From the NCBI GenBank assembly GCA_018221285.1, contig JAAOYJ010000003.1, forward strand, positions 87,030 to 151,029: a stretch of DNA of 64,000 nucleotides, read 5' to 3'. Below, piece by piece: positions 9,982 through 18,985 of the stretch. Positions within the stretch are counted from its first letter, which is position 1; every line of letters begins with the position of its first letter. The notes under the pieces were generated by a model. That model ran no database searches, had not been told where the DNA came from, and worked only from the letters and a program-made list of their open reading frames with translations. Made by a program: the position numbers and the translations under genes. This DNA comes from Candidatus Pacearchaeota archaeon. Lineage in GTDB: Archaea > Nanobdellota > Nanobdellia > Pacearchaeales > GW2011-AR1.

Positions 9982-10450
9982 CGGTAAAAAATTAGTTTAT
10001 TATATAAAAGATTATGACTACTAAAAAAGAGATACACCTAAATTTCCTATGGAGAATGATTTTTTTATTGAGAATGGTTTTTTATTGGGAAGTGTTCAGA
10101 TTAGATTAAATTATTATTTATCTAAAATAAATTTATTATATCAAAATCCTATCTTATTATCTAATAATTTAAAATACATTATGATATTATTATTATAATA
10201 ATAATTACTAACTTATATACTATATAATATAAATTTTTATATAATAAATAATAAAATAAAAAAACAAAATTTTCTTTTATAAATATTTCCATAAGAAATC
10301 ATAGGGTGAGAGTATCTAAAGAAAAGATCCTTCTCTAAAAAATTATTATTAAAATAAACAAAATATACAAATTATTCAACCAATCTATATCCTCTAAAAT
10401 CTATTTAATTTTACAGAAAAGTTTATAAATTATTCACAGCTCATCCTAGC
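9982..10450. other. predicted replication origin (oriC): A/T-only unwinding region flanked by repeat elements
   Basis: Largest non-coding gap in the window, immediately upstream of orc1/cdc6. 10100-10280 is almost exclusively A/T. Tandem repeat at 10052-10086, and TTCCTATGGAGAA at 10044-10056 loosely resembles the mini-ORB TTCCAnnGGAAA. Confidence 0.6.
10052..10086 (+). repeat. tandem direct repeat GAGAATGATTTTTTTATT / GAGAATGGTTTTTTATT in the predicted origin
   Basis: Read directly: 18-nt unit at 10052-10069 and 17-nt unit at 10070-10086. They differ by one substitution and one T. Confidence 0.85.
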
Positions 10451-10711
10451 ATGCAGACAAATAAAAATCTCTTTAGTGGAATCTTAGGCAAGATGATTGT
10501 AACTAAAGAAGGTAAGAGATTGGGCTTTATCAAAGATGTAACTTTTGAGACAAGATCTGGGGAATTAATTAACCTCGTCGTAAAAGACCCAACATTATAC
10601 ACAAAAAACTTAAATTTAGAAAGGACAACCTCGAACGAACTACTTATCCCTCACAGCGCAATTATTGCGATCGGAGATTTCATTATTGTCTCGGAAGAGG
10701 ATTTAATCTAA
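10451..10711 (+). CDS. PRC-barrel domain protein
   Basis: 86 aa. Pattern GK.IVTKEGKRLGFIKDV.F....GEL..LVV ... IPHSAIIAIGDFIIV is typical of archaeal stand-alone PRC barrels. Confidence 0.65.
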   Translation: MQTNKNLFSGILGKMIVTKEGKRLGFIKDVTFETRSGELINLVVKDPTLYTKNLNLERTTSNELLIPHSAIIAIGDFIIVSEEDLI

Positions 10712-10726
10712 ATTACAATTTTTAAA

Positions 10727-11137
10727 ATGAAATTTATAGGATTTAATTTTAATAAAATAAATGTGGAAAAGACCTCTACAAATTTTGAAGATCTAAAAAT
10801 AAAGACAAATATTGATGTTTCTGAGATAAAAAAAGTAAAATCTGATTTTCTTAAACAAAAAGATGAGTTAATCAACATTGATTTTACATATAATATTGAT
10901 TATAATCCGAAAATAGCAAAAATCAAACTCTCAGGGAATGTTATACTTGCAGATAAACTTAAAACAATTAAGGAAATATTAAAAAAATGGGAAGATAAAA
11001 AGATGGAAGAAGATTTCAAAATAAATCTATTCAATATTATCTTAAGAAAATCAAACCTAAAAGCAATGCAATTAGAGGATGAATTGAATCTCCCACTTCA
11101 TATTAATTTACCCTTTCTAAAAAAAGGCGATAATTAA
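10727..11137 (+). CDS. hypothetical protein
   Basis: 136-aa ORF with ATG start, 16 nt after the PRC-barrel gene. No motif recognised. Confidence 0.45.
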   Translation: MKFIGFNFNKINVEKTSTNFEDLKIKTNIDVSEIKKVKSDFLKQKDELINIDFTYNIDYNPKIAKIKLSGNVILADKLKTIKEILKKWEDKKMEEDFKINLFNIILRKSNLKAMQLEDELNLPLHINLPFLKKGDN

Positions 11138-11213
11138 CAACCATTACTAAATTTCTAACTTCCCAAATCAATTAATCTATATATTAAAAGATATCAAACT
11201 TTTTATACTTCTG

Positions 11214-11918
<705 letters not shown>

Positions 11919-12110
11919 ATAGTTAATCGGTATAAAGGTTAACTATCTTAATTACACTCTCTTTTTGAGTTTCAAAGAAAAATTTTACACTAAATCAACA
12001 CTTCTTTTCGTTTTTACCCACTTTTTAAGTTATCAAATATAATTTTTTAAATTTAAACTCAAATTTAACTCTCACTTTTCAAATTTTGTAACCAAAATTT
12101 TGGTAAAAGA

Positions 12111-12722
12111 TCACCTTTTTTTACGTTTTTTTGTCTGATTTACCCTCACTTTTGCTTTTTTTAGTATAATTTCTTTAATATCTTCAGGGATATACACCCT
12201 CTTTTTACCATTTTGCTCAATCACTTCTTTTATCAAATTTTCATTTTTTTGTTTCATAGAATTTATTTGTCCTCTGATAGTCGATTTTTCTTTACCTAAT
12301 ATCGCAGCAATATCATGGTAACTTAATTTCATATCCGTATTCAATAAGATCCATAATATTGCTCTTTCAGTTATTGAAAATTGATCAAAATTTGGTGTTT
12401 GGACAGCCGTTTGGACAGCCGTTTGGACAGCATAAACAGCTGTTTGTTCTTTGGACAGCCGTTTGGTTTTGCCAGAAACCTTGGTTGGTTTTAATTCTCC
12501 CATAATTGAAACAACATTTTTAACCCCTTCAATCTCTTCTTTTATCGTCGATAAAATCTCTTTAACATCATTTAACTCCTTTTTTTGTATATTTTTTTCA
12601 GAGTCAAGGTGTTTAATCCAACCACTCACAGAAATGAAATCTTTTTTTACAGCTTCGAAACCCTTTTTTGTTTCTTCTTTTACTTGCTCAACCTCTTTTT
12701 TTCTAAAAAACCATCCAAACAT
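12111..12722 (-). CDS. coiled-coil / AVQT-repeat linker / C-terminal winged-HTH DNA-binding protein
   Basis: Same architecture as 11214-11918. Linker AVYAVQTAVQTAVQTP and C-terminal ITERAILWILLNTDMKLSYHDIAAILGKEKSTIRGQINSMK. Confidence 0.6.
   Translation of the reverse strand: MFGWFFRKKEVEQVKEETKKGFEAVKKDFISVSGWIKHLDSEKNIQKKELNDVKEILSTIKEEIEGVKNVVSIMGELKPTKVSGKTKRLSKEQTAVYAVQTAVQTAVQTPNFDQFSITERAILWILLNTDMKLSYHDIAAILGKEKSTIRGQINSMKQKNENLIKEVIEQNGKKRVYIPEDIKEIILKKAKVRVNQTKKRKKR
12397..12432. repeat. 12-nt tandem repeat GTTTGGACAGCC x3 (third unit ends in A) inside a CDS
   Basis: Read directly. A further copy lies at 12451-12466, and related copies in the upstream intergenic region at about 12869-12885 (inverted) and 12972-12985. 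Confidence 0.9.
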
Positions 12723-13014
12723 GTTATAACTCTAACACAATAACTTTAAAAACTTTTTGTTCTCGTCGACAAAATTTATTTCTCCCCGACGGTAAAATTA
12801 TTTTCAAATTATCAATAATCACCATTTTTCATAGAAAAATAAGGCTGTTTAAATAAAAAAACATACACAAACAGCCTGTCCAAACACCTTTAAACACCCA
12901 AACCAAATTTAAACAGCTGCCCAAAAAATAAAAATAAAAAGTCTTTTATCGTCGGTAAATAAACACAAACAAGCTGTTTGGACAACCAAACTACTCTTTC
13001 GACAGACAAAGAAC

Positions 13015-13073
13015 TTAACTAAGCTCCCCTAAGTGCACAACCCTCACCAAAAGCAAAAATCAATGAAAAAATT
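13015..13073 (+). repeat. copy 1 of the TTAACTAAGCT-NN-CCTAAGTGCAC promoter-proximal element
   Basis: Aligns by eye with 13399-13456 over about 58 nt. Core CCTAAGTGCAC at 13028-13038. Contains the start of a 13-codon mini-ORF (13063-13104). Confidence 0.8.
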
Positions 13074-13118
13074 CCACGCCCAAAATATTAATAAACTATT
13101 CTAACATTAAATTTTAAA

Positions 13119-13394
13119 ATGAAAAAGAGGTTATATCATTTCTTCATTGGTGGAAGAAAGTTCAAACAAGAATTCAAGAAACAAGTAAGATTGCTTGTCA
13201 CAATAACCCTTGGGTTCACAATCGCATTTACTTGGAGACAGACAACTTTTGATCTTTCCCAATCAGTAGTCCAATTCATTACCCATGTTCAAAGTTCAGA
13301 ACTTTCAAGCATCCTAACATCAACTTTCATAACAATCCTCAGCATAATTCTAATTTACATCACCTCACACTTCTTAAAAGATAATTGGAATTAA
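13119..13394 (+). CDS. small membrane protein (two predicted TM segments), hypothetical
   Basis: 91 aa with ATG start. Hydrophobic stretches VRLLVTITLGFTIAFTW and ILTSTFITILSIILIYITSHF. Confidence 0.45.
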   Translation: MKKRLYHFFIGGRKFKQEFKKQVRLLVTITLGFTIAFTWRQTTFDLSQSVVQFITHVQSSELSSILTSTFITILSIILIYITSHFLKDNWN

Positions 13395-13398
13395 CACT

Positions 13399-13456
13399 TT
13401 AACTAAGCTAACCTAAGTGCACGCCCGCGCCCAAAAAATAAAATTAATGAAAACTT
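13399..13456 (+). repeat. copy 2 of the TTAACTAAGCT-NN-CCTAAGTGCAC element
   Basis: Core at 13412-13422, 384 nt after copy 1. Contains the start of a 13-codon mini-ORF (13447-13488). Confidence 0.8.
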
Positions 13457-13687
13457 ATGTGCAGAGCATCACAACAATCTTTAAATAACTTTAAATTATC
13501 CAAAAATATGGGAGAATATAATATAAGAAATTGTGGTAATTGTGATTTACATTATTCAAATAAATCTCCTCCTTGTAGTATTTCCCAATTTCAAGGAGAG
13601 TTTAATCCAGATTCCCAATGCGTGTTTGGTTTACAAGAAATTATTTTTTTATCAATGGCTCAAGAAATTGATTTTATAAGCGATTAA
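13457..13687 (+). CDS. small Cys-rich hypothetical protein
   Basis: 76-aa ORF with an alternative ATG at 13508. NCGNC...PPCS...QC pattern. Weak coding evidence. Confidence 0.25.
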   Translation: MCRASQQSLNNFKLSKNMGEYNIRNCGNCDLHYSNKSPPCSISQFQGEFNPDSQCVFGLQEIIFLSMAQEIDFISD

Positions 13688-13803
13688 GTTTAATCAAGAT
13701 TGCCCACACAAATTTCTTCAAAAATCCTTCTTATACACCATTTTCCCTCTATAATCCATGAACTTAGGGCACCCTAAAGGAACGTGAACAATAACATTTA
13801 TAA

Positions 13804-13814
13804 CCTAAGTGCAC
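13804..13814 (+). repeat. copy 3 of the CCTAAGTGCAC core
   Basis: Exact 11-mer, 392 nt after copy 2. Part of the dyad AAGTG-CA-CACTT. A second dyad TTAGGG-CA-CCCTAA lies at 13764-13777. Confidence 0.8.
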
Positions 13815-13838
13815 ACTTTATACATAATAAAGAGGAAA

Positions 13839-14474
13839 ATGGCAAAGATAAAAGCAATAATCTTCGATGTCTGTGGTGTTTTGGCTTTAGATAAACGCAA
13901 GGATGCTGCAAAATATAATCGTAGAGTGTTAGGAGTCCATGAGTATGTCGCAAAAAAATTAAAAATATCTTTAGACCAATATTTTGATTCAATTGATACA
14001 GATTATACAAAATCCATGGCAGGAGAGATCTCTGAAGAGAAAGTGGTTAAAGAAATTGCAGCTAATTTTAAAATAACTCCAAAAAAATTAAAGAAATTAT
14101 ATCTCGGCGCATACGAAAGCCATTTTAAACAAAATGAGCAATTGTTTAAAGAATTGTCTAAATTAGAAAAGCAAGGATATATTTTAGCAGTTTTATCAGA
14201 CCAGTGGCATCTTTCCGAGGATCCTTTAATGCCTAAGAAACTTTACAAAAGGTTTGGTGTTTTGATTGTGTCTTGTGATGTTGGTTTAAGAAAACCAGAC
14301 CCAAAAATTTACAAACTTGTATTAAAAAAACTCAAACTAAAACCATCTCAAACTGTTTTTGTAGATAACCAAGAATGGAACCTCAAACCTGCTAGAAAGT
14401 TAGGTATGAAAGCAATTCAATTCAAAAACAATAAGCAACTATTTCAAGATCTAAAAGAATTAGGAATTGAATAA
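13839..14474 (+). CDS. HAD-superfamily hydrolase
   Basis: Motif I IIFDVCGVL (Cys where the second Asp usually sits), motif II LSDQ, motif III KPDPKIY, motif IV FVDN. The ORF-track start 13809 is GTG; ATG at 13839 is preceded by AAGAGG. Confidence 0.72.
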   Translation: MAKIKAIIFDVCGVLALDKRKDAAKYNRRVLGVHEYVAKKLKISLDQYFDSIDTDYTKSMAGEISEEKVVKEIAANFKITPKKLKKLYLGAYESHFKQNEQLFKELSKLEKQGYILAVLSDQWHLSEDPLMPKKLYKRFGVLIVSCDVGLRKPDPKIYKLVLKKLKLKPSQTVFVDNQEWNLKPARKLGMKAIQFKNNKQLFQDLKELGIE

Positions 14475-14475
14475 A

Positions 14476-15246
14476 ATGTCAAATAAACCGCTTGCAGCAA
14501 TTTACATAAGAGTTTCAACAGAAGAGCAGGCAAGACAAGGAATCTCTTTGTCAGCACAAGAGGAAGCCCTAAAAAACTATGCTTCTGCGTTGGGTTATGA
14601 TATATTTAAGATTTACAAAGATGAAGGAAAGTCTGGGAAGGATATTAAAGGAAGGCCAGAAATGCGGCAACTCCTTGAAGATGCCCAATCCCAGAAATTT
14701 CAAGCAATTTTCATTTACAAGCTTGATAGATTTTCCCGTTCATTAAAAGATTTAATAGAAACAATCGAAAAACTCAAAGAATTGGGAATAGATTTTGTTT
14801 CCCTTCAAGATAAAATCGAAACCACGTCGGCTAGTGGAAAGTTAATGTTCCACATCATCTCAGCATTTGCAGAATTTGAAAGAAACGTCACAGGAGAAAG
14901 AACTAAATTCGCAATGGATAAACAAGCAAGAGACGGAAATCACATCACAAGAGCCCCTTGGGGATATAAAATAGAAAATAAAAAACTCGTAGCCACAGAA
15001 CATTCTTATCAGGTCCAAGAGCTTTTTCAAGAATTTCTAAATAAAAATATCAGTCTCACTAAATTGGCAAAGAAGTACGGCTTTTCTGTTAATGGTCTAA
15101 AGAAAATTCTAACAAACCAAACTTATCTAGGAAAAGTTAAATTTGATAAACAAACCCATCAAGGATCGCATCAAACATTAATCTCATCGACGTTGTTTAA
15201 CCATGTCCAAAACAAGTTAGAAAAATTAGGTATAAAGAAATCTTAG
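14476..15246 (+). CDS. serine recombinase (resolvase/invertase family)
   Basis: N-terminal catalytic motif AAIYIRVSTEEQ, then DRFSRS, GERTK, and a C-terminal DNA-binding region. The ORF-track start 14467 is TTG; ATG at 14476 lies just after the HAD stop codon. Confidence 0.85.
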   Translation: MSNKPLAAIYIRVSTEEQARQGISLSAQEEALKNYASALGYDIFKIYKDEGKSGKDIKGRPEMRQLLEDAQSQKFQAIFIYKLDRFSRSLKDLIETIEKLKELGIDFVSLQDKIETTSASGKLMFHIISAFAEFERNVTGERTKFAMDKQARDGNHITRAPWGYKIENKKLVATEHSYQVQELFQEFLNKNISLTKLAKKYGFSVNGLKKILTNQTYLGKVKFDKQTHQGSHQTLISSTLFNHVQNKLEKLGIKKS

Positions 15247-15268
15247 TTATTTCTTAAACTTCCCAAAA

Positions 15269-15670
15269 CTATCTCTTCGAACTCTGCCTTTTCTTCCTAG
15301 CCTTACTATCTCCGGGTTTGTAAGCTTCCTTTCTTCTGACGTCTGCAATCAACAAATTTCTATCATAACTCAAGAAAGCCTCAGTTAATTCTTTTGAGTT
15401 TGCAAATTCACTAATAGCTCTTGCCAACGCAAGTCTTGCAGCTTCAATCTGGCTTTTATCCCCCCCACCTTTAACATTAATCGAAACATCAAAATTTGTT
15501 TTTCCAAGAACTTTCTCTGTAATTCTTATTGGCTCTTCTATTTTAAGTCTATCAAACATTCCTAAACTCTTATAATCTTTTTTATTCACACTAATCTTCC
15601 CAGAACCCTCTGTAAGAATAGCTCTCGCAACCGCAGTTTTCCGTTTACCTGAAATAATTATTTTAATCAT
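15269..15670 (-). CDS. rps9: 30S ribosomal protein S9 (uS9)
   Basis: GKRKTAVARA start and C-terminal PGDSKARKKRQSSKR. Sits in the L18e-L13-S9 context. Confidence 0.93.
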   Translation of the reverse strand: MIKIIISGKRKTAVARAILTEGSGKISVNKKDYKSLGMFDRLKIEEPIRITEKVLGKTNFDVSINVKGGGDKSQIEAARLALARAISEFANSKELTEAFLSYDRNLLIADVRRKEAYKPGDSKARKKRQSSKR

Positions 15671-15671
15671 T

Positions 15672-16064
15672 TTATTTTGTTATGTCTTTTACTCGAATAA
15701 ATTTACTCGTTTTTTCTTTTCCAGCAATAATCTTTTTACTTTCTTCGAACTCTTTCGGCACTCCTCCATAACACTTTATCTTTTTGAATGCTTCTCTCCC
15801 TCTTCCTGTTCTATGATCTGGCAGCATACCTCTAATAGTTCTTTTCACAATCATCTGACTTGGTCTACGATGTTTTGGCCCTTTCTGGCTACTTCCGATT
15901 CTACTCCTTCTCGCTTCAAACTTACCCTTAATATCTTTTTTATTCCCTGTTATAATCACTTGATCACAATTCAAAACAACTATCTCTTCTCCCTTAAGCG
16001 CTTCTTTAGCAACATAACTAGCCAATCTTCCTAAAACAGCATTTTTTCCATCTATGATTTTCAT
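15672..16064 (-). CDS. rpl13: 50S ribosomal protein L13 (uL13)
   Basis: IIDGKNAVLGRLAS.VAK, ..VVLNC..V.ITG. Conserved operon position. Confidence 0.92.
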   Translation of the reverse strand: MKIIDGKNAVLGRLASYVAKEALKGEEIVVLNCDQVIITGNKKDIKGKFEARRSRIGSSQKGPKHRRPSQMIVKRTIRGMLPDHRTGRGREAFKKIKCYGGVPKEFEESKKIIAGKEKTSKFIRVKDITK

Positions 16065-16435
16065 TATTTCAAAACCTTAACCCTTTTTCCATCAGGATTC
16101 TTTTTAATTTCATCCAGCATACTTGAAACCTTGCATTTTGATTTTAATAACTTATCCTTGGCCTTTTCAGAAAAACTTACCGCAACAACATTTATCTTCT
16201 TAGTAATCTCTCCTTGTGAAAGAACCTTTCCTGGAACAACAATAGTCTCACCCTCTTTAGACCCTTTATCAATATTCTCAAGATTCAAATCAATCTTTTT
16301 CCTTCGAGGTCCAGACAAAATCTCTGCAACATTAAACCATGCTTTATGTTTCTTCGCAGCAAAAATAGTTTTAACTAATTCTGGATTAGTTTTTCTTTCA
16401 GTTTGCTTTGATATTTTAACTTTTGATTTGGCCAT
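16064..16435 (-). CDS. rpl18e: 50S ribosomal protein L18e (eL18)
   Basis: 123 aa. TNPELVKTI...SGPRRKK...VVPGKVL..G pattern. Precedes L13 as in other archaea. Confidence 0.85.
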   Translation of the reverse strand: MAKSKVKISKQTERKTNPELVKTIFAAKKHKAWFNVAEILSGPRRKKIDLNLENIDKGSKEGETIVVPGKVLSQGEITKKINVVAVSFSEKAKDKLLKSKCKVSSMLDEIKKNPDGKRVKVLK

Positions 16436-16525
16436 TGTAATTTAACAAGAAGTATTAACTTCCCGCTAACGCACGATTACTCGCAGGTAAAAAATGAAGA
16501 TAATTTAGGTATTTAAAGTTTGTCA

Positions 16526-16609
16526 TGCGGAGTACAGGATTCGAACCTGCGTAAGCACTAAGCTAACGGATTTTGAGTCCGTCCCGTTTGACCGCTCCGG
16601 CAACTCCGC
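16526..16609 (-). tRNA. tRNA-Leu (anticodon CAA), class II with long variable arm, no encoded CCA
   Basis: Manual fold: acceptor GCGGAGT/ACTCCGC, anticodon stem ACGGA/TCCGT, loop CTCAAAA, variable arm TAGCTTAGTGCTTAC, T arm GCAGG-TTCGAAT-CCTGT, discriminator A. Confidence 0.9.
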
Positions 16610-16659
16610 TTAATGTTACAATTAATTATCTGTATAAAAATGTTTAGAATTATTAGAGT

Positions 16660-17067
16660 TTAAGAATTAACATATTTTTTCATCGCTGGAAGAACTTTAT
16701 GAAAGAGATAATTAATTCCCTGAGACATATCCATCTCAGTTATTCTTTCTTCGTCAGAAGGAGAAACATCCCCAAATTTAGAAAGAACCTCAAGCGTTGG
16801 AGCATAACCAATAATTTCAAAAGAACTTTTTTGTCCTGACAAGGGATACGAAAAAACCTTTGTCAGATCTTTCCTTGAAAAATCTGGCGAGAACCCTGAC
16901 ATAACCTCTTCCTCAATTAAATTTTCCGGAAGAATTTTCTCTTTTGTTCCAAGCATACGATGAACATCCTTTAATGTTACTTTTTTTTCCATACTTATTG
17001 GTTCCCGATTAAATGTCCCATTAACATGGTCCGAACTTTCTCCTGAAGACATATAAGTTGTTTTCAT
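16660..17067 (-). CDS. hypothetical protein (orphan) inside the ribosomal/RNAP operon
   Basis: 135-aa ORF with ATG start. No motif recognised. Confidence 0.45.
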   Translation of the reverse strand: MKTTYMSSGESSDHVNGTFNREPISMEKKVTLKDVHRMLGTKEKILPENLIEEEVMSGFSPDFSRKDLTKVFSYPLSGQKSSFEIIGYAPTLEVLSKFGDVSPSDEERITEMDMSQGINYLFHKVLPAMKKYVNS

Positions 17068-17109
17068 ACTTGAAAATTGTGGGTGGTCAAGATAGAGACT
17101 ATCTTTATG

Positions 17110-17661
17110 TCATTCAAATTCATAGAAATCATTCCAAACTCCATCAAACTTTCCATCCAACCATCTCATTGAAAAGTGAATTTTTTCAGATAAATATGCA
17201 AACGCTTCCCGTCTTTTTTGCATCTCTTTAAAATTTTCCGGAAGAAATTGCCTAGACCCAAATACATTTAAGTGGAGCCGTTTTAACAAGTTTGGATTTT
17301 TATAAATTGTTTCATCTTTTCCAATTTCCTTTATGTCTTTAGTAGAGGCCATCCCCAACGAAACTCTTGCAACTAAATTTTTTGATACGAAAGATGAAGC
17401 AGCGGTAGTAGGGTTTAATTCTATTATTTGTGGGGCCCCCTCTCTAAAATCAAAACCATAATCATTTCCATGCCTGTGATGCGTTTGCGCAGCAACATGG
17501 ATATGCGATTTATCTAAATCAAGATTTTTCCTTACAGCTCTTAATGCGTCCTTAACTTCTAAAGGTAATTCGGCATCATAAATTACAGCTTCTCTTGGAG
17601 GAGAAAATCCAATCCTTGCACTAAACTCCCCCTCATCTCTTGTTGAAACTCCTATAATCAT
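17110..17661 (-). CDS. hypothetical protein; weak resemblance to the C-terminal half of ATP-grasp enzymes
   Basis: 183-aa ORF with ATG start. GNDYGFDFREGAPQIIELNPTTAAS resembles the G.D....(hydrophobic)E.N.xP strand-loop of ATP-grasp folds. No P-loop or N-terminal half. Confidence 0.45.
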   Translation of the reverse strand: MIIGVSTRDEGEFSARIGFSPPREAVIYDAELPLEVKDALRAVRKNLDLDKSHIHVAAQTHHRHGNDYGFDFREGAPQIIELNPTTAASSFVSKNLVARVSLGMASTKDIKEIGKDETIYKNPNLLKRLHLNVFGSRQFLPENFKEMQKRREAFAYLSEKIHFSMRWLDGKFDGVWNDFYEFE

Positions 17662-17722
17662 TTATACTAAATGTATGACTTCTTTAAAAGAATTCTTATA
17701 TTTTAAAATATATATCCTACTA

Positions 17723-18439
17723 CTACATCCCTTTACTAACATCCGCCAAATCCTTTCTCAAAGCATCAACAGACTTGCTGATCATGTCTTCTGTACTCAG
17801 TTGCCCAAAAGACTCAACAGTGATTGTAAGCTCTTTTGTAGGGGTTATCTTAATAGAATCCTTTCCTTGTTTCTCACAAACCTCCATACAAGCCTCACAC
17901 ATATCACATTTAGAAGTATCAACTGTCACAATCTTCCCATCCTTTGATTTCAAAATATTCTTGGGGCAAACCTCTACAACTTCTTTGGGACAATCTCCAC
18001 CAATTTTTATATCAAAAACATTTCTATAGAACATCAATCCAGGGGAGAATTTAGAATGTTCGTCTCCTTTACCTGTCCTTGCTTTTGCAACAAGTTCTAT
18101 CTCCTGCCCTTTTTCCAAAAAAGTTATTGGCGCATCTCCATAAACAACATTCACCTTTCCATCAAACTCTTTAGCATAAACAAGGCCTTCTTTTTTAACA
18201 ATTAATTTGATGTCCGCAGTTGTTTTCTCCCCCGCAGCTTTACTTGTTTTAATCGGAAGCAAACCAATTCTGTGCGCAACTGTCTCATCATATAATGCAG
18301 AGTCATTCTTAGCTATCTCAACTTCGTCAACAGCCATAACAAGAACCTGGCTCAAATACCTTCGAATAGCATTCGCCAAACCTTCCTCAACTTCTGCTTG
18401 GAATATAACTTTCTCATCAGTTTTTTTGATTGTTTTCAT
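17723..18439 (-). CDS. rpoD: DNA-directed RNA polymerase subunit D (Rpo3) with Fe-S cluster domain
   Basis: LANAIRR, RIGLLP, a Cys cluster CPKEVVEVCP ... CDMCEACMEVC. Position after S11. Confidence 0.9.
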   Translation of the reverse strand: MKTIKKTDEKVIFQAEVEEGLANAIRRYLSQVLVMAVDEVEIAKNDSALYDETVAHRIGLLPIKTSKAAGEKTTADIKLIVKKEGLVYAKEFDGKVNVVYGDAPITFLEKGQEIELVAKARTGKGDEHSKFSPGLMFYRNVFDIKIGGDCPKEVVEVCPKNILKSKDGKIVTVDTSKCDMCEACMEVCEKQGKDSIKITPTKELTITVESFGQLSTEDMISKSVDALRKDLADVSKGM

Positions 18440-18475
18440 TTTAATTCCTAATGTTTTTCATTTTTAAATTTATGC

Positions 18476-18985
18476 CTATGGTCTTCTACCTCTTCTTCCA
18501 CCTTTCTTCTTTGGCCCTCCACGAGGCATTCTTGTAGTATCAAGTATATTCAAGATTTTATACCCTGCTCTTGATAGACTCTTGATTATTGCATTTGCTC
18601 CAGGCCCAGGCGCAGGATTACGAGTTTTAGCCCTAATTCTAAAATACAATGATCTAACTCCCAAGTCTTTTATGTTCTCATCAATTCTCTTTGCAATAAA
18701 CATTGCGATCGTAGGATTAGCCTTTAACCTTCCGTGCTTTGTTGTCATTCCCCCAGTCACTTTTGTAATAGTCCTACCAGACATATCAGTAACATGAACA
18801 ATTGTATTATTAAACGATGTATAAATATTCACAACAGCCTCAGATTCTTTCTTTTTCTTCTTAACTTTCGGAGTTTCCACCTTAACTTCGATACCTTTCT
18901 CTTCAAGAGTTTCTTTTTCTAATTTCACTTCAGTTTTAGGTTCTTTATCCACATCAGTTTTAGGTTCGTCTTTATTCTCTGTCAT
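18476..18985 (-). CDS. rps11: 30S ribosomal protein S11 (uS11) with about 45-aa K/E-rich N-terminal extension
   Basis: Core VNIYTSFNNTIVHVTD ... GPGANAIIKSLSRAGYKI. TGA/ATG overlap with S4. Confidence 0.92.
   Translation of the reverse strand: MTENKDEPKTDVDKEPKTEVKLEKETLEEKGIEVKVETPKVKKKKKESEAVVNIYTSFNNTIVHVTDMSGRTITKVTGGMTTKHGRLKANPTIAMFIAKRIDENIKDLGVRSLYFRIRAKTRNPAPGPGANAIIKSLSRAGYKILNILDTTRMPRGGPKKKGGRRGRRP

Noticed and set aside
9982-10450. Canonical ORB/mini-ORB boxes in the predicted origin
   Set aside because: Only loose resemblance (TTCCTATGGAGAA) was found and no clear inverted pair matches the published consensus. The origin call therefore rests on gene context and A/T composition, not on ORB matches.
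12397-12466. CRISPR-like appearance of the repeated GTTTGGACAGCC units
   Set aside because: The units are 12 nt, directly tandem without spacers, in frame within a CDS, and no cas genes are present. This is a coding microsatellite, not a CRISPR array.
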